Source of the DNA: Solirubrobacterales bacterium
GTDB taxonomy: Bacteria > Actinomycetota > Thermoleophilia > Solirubrobacterales > 70-9
DNA: 64,000 bases
Direction: 5' to 3'
Assembly (NCBI GenBank): GCA_036564135.1
Contig: DATCLC010000069.1
Location: 1,529 to 65,528, forward strand
Position numbers and translations under genes: made by a program. Shown here in pieces: positions 58,013 through 64,000 of this stretch. The notes under the pieces are model-generated. The model was not told the origin of the DNA. It did not search any database and saw only the letters and a list, made by a program, of their open reading frames with translations. Within the stretch, counting starts at the first letter, position 1; the number at the start of each line of letters is the position of its first letter.

Positions 58013-59380
58013 GTGAACGACAGGGTGCGGGTCGACGTGGCCGTCGTCGGCGCCGGGCTCTCCGGGCTCGCCGCGGCCTGGGAGCTGCGCCAGCTCGGTC
58101 ACTCGGCGATCGTGCTCGAGGCACGCGACCGGGTCGGCGGCCGGTTGCTGAATCACGAGCTCGGAAACGGCGCGGTCGTGGAGGTCGGCGGGCAGTGGGT
58201 CGGCCCCACGCAACAGGCCGCGCTCGGGCTCGCCGCCGAGCTCGGCCTAAAGACCTACCCGACGCACACAAAGGGAGCAAGCGTGATCGAGTACCGCGGC
58301 CGCGTGCGTCGCTATAGCGGAGAGATCCCCCGCATCAACCCGGTCGTGCTGATCGAGATCGAGCGCGCCCGGCGCAAGCTCGACCGGATGGCCGCGCAGG
58401 TGCCGCTCGCCGCGCCCTGGGAGGCGCGCCAGGCCCAGCGCTGGGACCGGGTCACGTTCGCTCAGTGGTTGCGCCGCAACGCGTTCACGGGCGGCTCCCG
58501 CATGCTCCTGCGCCTCGCGATCCGCAGCGTCTTCGGCACGGAGCCCGAGGACGTCTCCCTGCTGCACGTCCTCTTCTACATCCACTCCGCGGGTGGCTTC
58601 AACATGCTCGTCAACACCGAGGGCGCCGCCCAGGACTCCCGGATCGTGGGCGGCTCCCAGCTTCTTGCGATCAAGTCCGCCGAGCGCCTGGGCGACGCCG
58701 TGCGCTTGAGCGCACCGGTGCGCCGCATCGCGGACACCGGCGACGGCCTCGAACTCAGCACCGACGCCGTCACGGTGGAAGCGGAGCGCGCGATCGTCGC
58801 CGTCTCCCCCACGCTCGCCGCGCGCATCGAGTACGACCCGCCCCTGCCCGGCCATCGCGACCAGATGACCCAGCGCATGCCGCAGGGAACGATCATCAAG
58901 TGCATGGCCGTCTACGAGGAGCCCTTCTGGCGCGCGGAGGGGCTCAGTGGGATCGGCCTGAGCGACGGCGGCTCGATCAACGCGATCTTCGACAACACGC
59001 CTCACGGCGGCTCGCCGGGCGTGCTGCTCGGCTTCCTGGACGGCCGCGCCGCGCGGATCTGGGGGCAGCGCACGGTCGAGGAGCGCCGCGCCGAGGTGAC
59101 GGGCGTGTTCGCGCGCCTGTTCGGCGAGCGCGCCGCGAAGCCCATCGACTACGTGGAGCGCGCCTGGGCGGAGGAGCCGTGGTCGCGCGGCTGCTACTCG
59201 GGGGCCTTCGGGCCCTCGGGCTGGACGGACTACGGCCCCACCCTGCGCGCTCCCGTCGGGCGCATCCACTGGGCGGGCACCGAGACCGCGACCGTCTGGA
59301 ACGGCTACATGGACGGCGCGATCACGGCCGGGCGCCGCGCCGCCGCCGAAGCGGCGGCCGCGCTCGCGGCGAGCGCCTAG
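58013..59380 (+). CDS. flavin-containing amine oxidase
   Basis: 455 aa. FAD fold VAVVGAGLSGLAAAWEL...EARDRVGGR. GTG start. Confidence 0.85.
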   Translation: MNDRVRVDVAVVGAGLSGLAAAWELRQLGHSAIVLEARDRVGGRLLNHELGNGAVVEVGGQWVGPTQQAALGLAAELGLKTYPTHTKGASVIEYRGRVRRYSGEIPRINPVVLIEIERARRKLDRMAAQVPLAAPWEARQAQRWDRVTFAQWLRRNAFTGGSRMLLRLAIRSVFGTEPEDVSLLHVLFYIHSAGGFNMLVNTEGAAQDSRIVGGSQLLAIKSAERLGDAVRLSAPVRRIADTGDGLELSTDAVTVEAERAIVAVSPTLAARIEYDPPLPGHRDQMTQRMPQGTIIKCMAVYEEPFWRAEGLSGIGLSDGGSINAIFDNTPHGGSPGVLLGFLDGRAARIWGQRTVEERRAEVTGVFARLFGERAAKPIDYVERAWAEEPWSRGCYSGAFGPSGWTDYGPTLRAPVGRIHWAGTETATVWNGYMDGAITAGRRAAAEAAAALAASA

Positions 59381-60174
59381 CCGCTCCCGTCCGGCGCCGT
59401 GCGGTGCACGGCGGTGTCGACGTCCTCGACCGCGTAGAGCCGCGTCGGCTCCGAGCTGGGGTCCGGCCCCTCCTCGCCGAGGTCTTGGGCGCCCTCCTCG
59501 GGCTCCTCCTCGCCCTCGACGACGTCCGGCTCGGGCTCGCCGACCTCCGCGAACGTGCGCGTCGCCTGCGGGTCGGCGGGCTCCTCGGCGACGTCGTCGG
59601 CCGCGAGCGCGGGCGCGGGTTGCGCCGGGGCCTCCTCCTCGCCGGGCGCGGCCGTTGACCGCAGCGCGTCCGCGGCCGTCATGAGCTCGTCCGCCAGGCG
59701 GGCGATCTCCTCGGCGATCTCGTCGCGCCGCTGCGTCAGCTCCTCCAGGCGGGCGGCGAGCTTGCGACGGCGCGCGATCGCCTCGTCGACGATGCGCTCG
59801 GCCCGGCTTTCGGCCTCGCTCACGATCTCCTCGGCCTTGCGGGACGCCTCGAGCCGGGTCGCGCGCGCCTCCTCCTCGGCCTCGCGGCGAACCTTCTCGG
59901 AGTACTCGCGCGCCTCCTCGCGCAGCTTCTCCGCAGCCTCCTCGGCGGCCGTCAGGATGCCGGCGGTGCGCTCGCCGACGCGCTCGAGCTCGCGCCGCAC
60001 GTCCGGCTCCCGGTCGGCGACCGCGCCGGGCGAGGACTGCTCGAGGTAGTCAGCGACGTAGTCGAGCAGCTCGTGGACCGCGTTGCGGTCGTAACCCCGG
60101 ATCGCCTGCGGGAACCGGGCCCTGCGCAGCTCCTGGGCGTCGATCTTCTTCGGACGGTCCTTGTGGTTCGCCAT
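59377..60174 (-). CDS. DivIVA-domain protein
   Basis: N-terminal FPQAIRGYDRNAVHELLDYV, a coiled-coil centre and an acidic tail. Confidence 0.8.
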   Translation of the reverse strand: MANHKDRPKKIDAQELRRARFPQAIRGYDRNAVHELLDYVADYLEQSSPGAVADREPDVRRELERVGERTAGILTAAEEAAEKLREEAREYSEKVRREAEEEARATRLEASRKAEEIVSEAESRAERIVDEAIARRRKLAARLEELTQRRDEIAEEIARLADELMTAADALRSTAAPGEEEAPAQPAPALAADDVAEEPADPQATRTFAEVGEPEPDVVEGEEEPEEGAQDLGEEGPDPSSEPTRLYAVEDVDTAVHRTAPDGSG

Positions 60175-60240
60175 GCGTCTCGCTCCGATCTGTCGCTCCT
60201 CGCGGTAGCTACCCGTTCGCCGTCCGCGGTGACCATCCCC

Positions 60241-61179
60241 CTACGTGGGTGGCCGGCTGGTTGCAGCCGCCCAGCGCACCGGGCCCGCGGTGAGCACGTG
60301 CGCTCCCAGCGGGCGGCCCAGCATCTCCTGCACGCGGCGCGAGGCCTCGAGCAGGCGCTCCAGGTCGATCCCGGTGGCGATCCCCATCTCCTCGAGCATG
60401 GAGACCAGATCCTCGCTGGCGATGTTGCCCGTGGAGCCGGGCGGGACGGGGCAGCCGCCGAGCTCACCGAAAGCCGACTCGAAGGAGTCGACGCCCTGCT
60501 CGAGCGCCGCGAGCACGTTCGCGAGCCCCTGCCCGCGGGTGTTGTGGAAGTGCGCGGTGAGCTCCACGCCCTCGAGGCGCTCGCGCGCGACCGCGAAGAA
60601 CTCGCCCACCTGGCGCGGGTTCGCCATCCCGGTGGTGTCGCCGAAGGCGATCTCCTCGCAACCCGCCTCGGCGAGCCGCTCGGCGATCTCCATCACCCGC
60701 TCGACCGGCACCTCGCCCTCGTACGGGCAGCCGAAGCTCGTCGAGATCACGCCCTCGCAGCGCAGCCCCTCTGCCCGGGCGCGCCCGATGACACGCTCCA
60801 GGCCCGCGAGCGACTCGGCGATCGAGCGGTTGACGTTGCGCTGGTTGTGCGTCTCGGAGGCCGACAGGAACAGGTTCACCTCGTCGAAGCGCTCGCGGCG
60901 CGCCAGCGCCCGGTCGAGGCCACGCTCGTTCGGGATCAGCACCGAGTACGAGACCCCCGGGCGCTTCTCGTAGGCGTCGAGCAGCTCCTCGGCGTCCGCG
61001 AGCTGCGGGATCACGTCGGGGCGCACGAACGAGGTCAACTCGATGCGCCGAAAGCCGGCGTCCGCCAGCATCCCAACGAGCCGCGCCTTCTCGGCCGTGG
61101 GGATCGTCTCCGGCTCGTTCTGGAAGCCGTCGCGCGGTCCGACCTCACGCAGGCGGACGGCTGACGGGTAGGAAGCCAT
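60241..61179 (-). CDS. hydroxymethylglutaryl-CoA lyase
   Basis: Trimmed to ATG 61179. REVGPRDGFQNE, IAFGDTTGMANP, HFHNTRG. Confidence 0.88.
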   Translation of the reverse strand: MASYPSAVRLREVGPRDGFQNEPETIPTAEKARLVGMLADAGFRRIELTSFVRPDVIPQLADAEELLDAYEKRPGVSYSVLIPNERGLDRALARRERFDEVNLFLSASETHNQRNVNRSIAESLAGLERVIGRARAEGLRCEGVISTSFGCPYEGEVPVERVMEIAERLAEAGCEEIAFGDTTGMANPRQVGEFFAVARERLEGVELTAHFHNTRGQGLANVLAALEQGVDSFESAFGELGGCPVPPGSTGNIASEDLVSMLEEMGIATGIDLERLLEASRRVQEMLGRPLGAHVLTAGPVRWAAATSRPPT

Positions 61180-61222
61180 CACCGCAGAGAATAAGACGCC
61201 GCGCCCCATAGACTGCTCGTCC

Positions 61223-61912
61223 GTGAAGAACGGCGCGATCCCGATCATCGGCGGCACCGGGGCCCTCGGCTGGGGCCTCGGCCTGCGCTGGGCGCTCGCC
61301 GGACGCCCCGTGGTGATCGGCTCGCGCGATGCGGGCCGCGCGCAGGAGGCCGCCCGACGGATCAGCGAGCAGGCGCCCGACGCCGAGGTTGAGGGGCTCA
61401 CCAACGAGGAGGCCGCCAAGCAGGGGCCGATCGTCGTGCTCGCCGTGCCCTTCCGCGCCCAGTCGGAGAACCTGAACAACCTGCGGCCGGTACTCCAGCC
61501 CGGGCAGATCCTCGTCGACTGCACCGTGCCGTTGGCCGCGGCGGTGAGCGGGAAGGCGACCCGCACGCTCGGCGTCTGGCAGGGCTCGGCCGCCCAGCAG
61601 GCGCAGGAGATGGTCCCCGAGGGCGTGACCGTCGTGGCCGCCTTCCACACGGTCGGCGCACCGGATCTGGCGAACCGGGAGAAGGAGCTCGACGAGGACG
61701 TCCTGATCTGCGGCGACCGCAAGGCGGACAAGGCGCGCGTGGCCGAGCTCGTCGAGGCGATTCCCGGGCTGCGCGCGGTCAACGCGGGGCCGCTCGAGAT
61801 CGCGCGGATCGTCGAGCAGCTCACCCCGCTGCTGATCTCGATCAACGTCCGCTACAAGACGCACGCGGGGATCCGCATCACCGGCCTGCCGGACACCGAC
61901 CACTGGAGCTAG
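61223..61912 (+). CDS. fno: NADPH-dependent F420 reductase
   Basis: 229 aa. IPIIGGTGALGWGLGLRWALAG Rossmann N-terminus typical of NpdG/Fno. GTG start. Confidence 0.8.
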   Translation: MKNGAIPIIGGTGALGWGLGLRWALAGRPVVIGSRDAGRAQEAARRISEQAPDAEVEGLTNEEAAKQGPIVVLAVPFRAQSENLNNLRPVLQPGQILVDCTVPLAAAVSGKATRTLGVWQGSAAQQAQEMVPEGVTVVAAFHTVGAPDLANREKELDEDVLICGDRKADKARVAELVEAIPGLRAVNAGPLEIARIVEQLTPLLISINVRYKTHAGIRITGLPDTDHWS

Positions 61913-61917
61913 GCCAA

Positions 61918-62838
61918 GTGCGCGTCGTCGTCCTCGCCGGGGGCACGGGCGGCGCCAAGCTGGCCGCCGGGCTGCAGGACCTGATCGGTTCGGACCTCAC
62001 CGTGATCGCCAACACGGGCGACGACACGGAGATGCACGGCCTGCGCGTCTGCCCGGACCCCGACCTCGTCACCTACTGGCTGGCCGGGCAGATCGATGAG
62101 GAGCGCGGCTGGGGCATTCGCGACGACGGCTTCGTGGTCCACGAGCGGCTCGAGCTGCTCGGCGCGCCGGGGTGGTTCCGACTGTCCGACCGCGACCTCG
62201 CCACCTGCCTCTACCGCACCCACTTCCTCGCCGAGGGCGGCACGCTGACCGCGGCGCAGGCGCAGATCGCCCGCGCGCTCGGGGTGTCCGCGACGGTCCT
62301 CCCAGCCTGCGAGGAGCCGATCCGCACCAAGATCCACACCCCCGCAGGCGTGCGCGGGCTGCAGGAGTTCCTGATCGTCGACGGCGCCTCCGCCCCGATC
62401 GAGGGCGTCACCGTCGACGGCCTGCCCGAGGCCCGGCCGACGCCGGAGGTGCGCGCGGCGCTCGCCGAAGCGGACGCGGTGGTCATCGGGCCGTCGAACC
62501 CCGTGATCTCGATCGGCCCGATCCTCGCGATCCCCGGGATGCGGGAGGCGATCGCTGGCGCCTCGGCGCCGGTCCTCGCGGTCAGCCCGTTCGTCGCCGG
62601 CCGCGCGGTGAAGGGACCGACCGAGGCCTTCATGGCAGCCGTCGGGCGGCCGGTGACCGCGGCCGGCGTGGCCTCGCTGTATGCCGGGCTGCTTGACGGG
62701 ATGGTGGTTGACTCGGGCGATCCCGACCCGCCGCCCGCCGACCTGCGGACCCTGAGCTGCCCCACCCTGATGGATGGCGCCGACGGGCGGCGCGCGCTCG
62801 CCGAACGCGTCCTCGAGTTCGCCGAGGAGCTGCGATGA
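61918..62838 (+). CDS. cofD: 2-phospho-L-lactate transferase
   Basis: VVVLAGGTGGAKLAAGL, IANTGDD, IGPSNPVISIGPIL. Confidence 0.9.
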   Translation: MRVVVLAGGTGGAKLAAGLQDLIGSDLTVIANTGDDTEMHGLRVCPDPDLVTYWLAGQIDEERGWGIRDDGFVVHERLELLGAPGWFRLSDRDLATCLYRTHFLAEGGTLTAAQAQIARALGVSATVLPACEEPIRTKIHTPAGVRGLQEFLIVDGASAPIEGVTVDGLPEARPTPEVRAALAEADAVVIGPSNPVISIGPILAIPGMREAIAGASAPVLAVSPFVAGRAVKGPTEAFMAAVGRPVTAAGVASLYAGLLDGMVVDSGDPDPPPADLRTLSCPTLMDGADGRRALAERVLEFAEELR

Positions 62839-63497
62839 GGGCGACGGCGATCCTGCCTGTGAAGAGCTTCCCGCGCGCCAAGACGAGGCTCGCGGACACG
62901 ATCGGCAAGCCGCAGCGCGCCGCGCTGCTGAAGGCGATGCTGAGCGACGTGCTCGCGGCCCTCGACCGCGCCCGGGAGGTGGAGCGCGTGATCGTCGTCA
63001 CCGCGGAGGGGCGGGCCGAACGCGTCGCGATGGAGCAGGCGAAACGCCTCACCACCCCCATCGAGGTGCTGCGCGAGGGCGAGGACCATGGGCACTCCGA
63101 GGCAGCGGTGCTCGGCATCATGCGCGCCAAGGCGCTGGGCGCGCAGGCGGCCGCGCTCGTGCCCGGGGACTGCCCCCTCCTGGACGCGGCCGAGCTCGAC
63201 GACGCGCTCGCCGGGCTCGAGCCCGGCCACGTGGGCGTGGTGCCCGACCGGCACGGCACCGGCACGAACGCGCTGCTGCTCGCCCCCGCTGACGCGATCC
63301 GCCCGGCGTTCGGCGAGGGCAGCTGCGCCCGCCATCTCGACCGCGCAGAGCGGGCGGGCATGCGCGCGAGCCGCAGGGAGCTCGCCTCGCTGGCGCTCGA
63401 CCTCGACACCCCCGATGACCTCGCGGCGCTGCGCGAGCGCCTCGAGGCCGAACCGCGGCTGGCGCCGACGACCGCGCGCGCCCTGAACGAGCTGTGA
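62835..63497 (+). CDS. cofC: 2-phospho-L-lactate (or PEP) guanylyltransferase
   Basis: ILPVKSFPRAKTRL, GTGTNALL. ATGA overlap with cofD. Confidence 0.85.
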   Translation: MRATAILPVKSFPRAKTRLADTIGKPQRAALLKAMLSDVLAALDRAREVERVIVVTAEGRAERVAMEQAKRLTTPIEVLREGEDHGHSEAAVLGIMRAKALGAQAAALVPGDCPLLDAAELDDALAGLEPGHVGVVPDRHGTGTNALLLAPADAIRPAFGEGSCARHLDRAERAGMRASRRELASLALDLDTPDDLAALRERLEAEPRLAPTTARALNEL

Positions 63498-64000
63498 TCG
63501 CCGTCCGCCCGGTCCAGGGCCTCCCCGAGATCGCCCCGGGCGCGCCGCTCGGCGAGCTGCTCGCGGAGGCCGCGCGGCCGCGCGACGACGAGGTGCTGGT
63601 CGTCTCCCAGAAGATCGTCTCGAAGGCGGAGGGGCGGCTGCGCCGGCTCACCGACGTCGAGCCCTCGGCGCGCGCCCGCGAGCTCGCGGAGAGGCTCGGG
63701 AAGGATCCGCGCCTCGTGGAGCTCATCCTCTCCGAGAGCCGGTCCGTGATCCGCGCGGAGCGCACCGTGCTCATCGTCGAAACCAAGAGCGGCCTGATCT
63801 GCGCCAACGCCGGGATCGACTCGTCGAACGTGCCCGGCGAGGACACCGTGGCGCTGCTTCCCGCCGACCCCGACGCGTCCGCCCGCTGGCTGCGCGAGGA
63901 GATCCGCGCGGCCTGCGGCCGGCGCCCCGCGGTCGTCATCGCCGACAGCTTCGGGCGCCCCTGGCGCGTGGGCCAGACCGACGTGGCGATAGGCTGCGCC
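63494..64000 (+). CDS. cofE: F420-0:gamma-glutamyl ligase (5' part, truncated by the window end)
   Basis: Not in the ORF track because no stop is reached. My own translation from GTG 63494 (GTGA overlap) gives VIAVRPVQGLPEI...VVSQKIVSKAEGR...CANAGIDSSN...DSFGRPWRVGQTDVAIG. Confidence 0.85.
   Translation, partial: MIAVRPVQGLPEIAPGAPLGELLAEAARPRDDEVLVVSQKIVSKAEGRLRRLTDVEPSARARELAERLGKDPRLVELILSESRSVIRAERTVLIVETKSGLICANAGIDSSNVPGEDTVALLPADPDASARWLREEIRAACGRRPAVVIADSFGRPWRVGQTDVAIGCA

Overview
High-GC, actinobacterial-type chromosomal window, densely coding on both strands. All coordinates were hand-counted from the sequence and no searches were run. Many gene junctions are 4-nt ATGA/GTGA stop-start overlaps. 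I used these to trim ORF-track entries that carry spurious N-terminal extensions.

Blocks:
1. glnN.
2. A nine-gene, translationally coupled heme/iron-uptake operon (two HtaA-domain proteins, a HugZ-like protein, HmuTUV-type ABC). It ends unexpectedly in a PKD / Pro-rich-linker / C-terminal-TM protein plus MotA/ExbB-like and DUF2149/ExbD-like genes. Tandem TTAGG..CCTAA palindromes sit in front of it.
3. Housekeeping and regulatory genes: Ser/Thr kinase, sigma-70, Csp, DUF488, GreA-like, gdhA, and a NarL-type two-component system.
4. An actinomycete-type gas-vesicle cluster, gvpA-F-G-O-J-L-S-(F/L)-K, with no gvpC or gvpN seen. It is bracketed by two paralogous basic single-pass membrane proteins and followed by a 77-aa internally duplicated protein.
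5. A 510-bp convergent spacer made of three different tandem duplications.
6. A NitT/TauT-like ABC importer with duplicated permease/ATPase, an FAD protein and a Cys-less Rrf2, with divergent amidohydrolase-2 and Rieske genes.
7. A ~10-kb stress/dormancy-like island: Zn-ribbon mini-proteins, Zn-ADH, PpsA-like, tandem USP, CBS, NarL RR, GAF-GAF kinase, DUF2267, dodecin, Hsp20. Its promoter regions share a 17-nt TCCG-N3-CCA-CTACGGA element at fixed spacing. This is my top candidate for something undescribed.
8. Five tRNAs, two CAP-domain paralogues, an SRAP gene, and an HTH-LAGLIDADG gene abutting tRNA-Leu.
9. M28 peptidase, acetoacetyl-CoA synthetase, an MTA-deaminase/phosphorylase-like pair, acyl-CoA carboxyltransferase, amine oxidase, DivIVA and HMG-CoA lyase.
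10. F420 genes fno-cofD-cofC-cofE, with cofE cut by the window end.

No rRNA, CRISPR array or transposase was seen.
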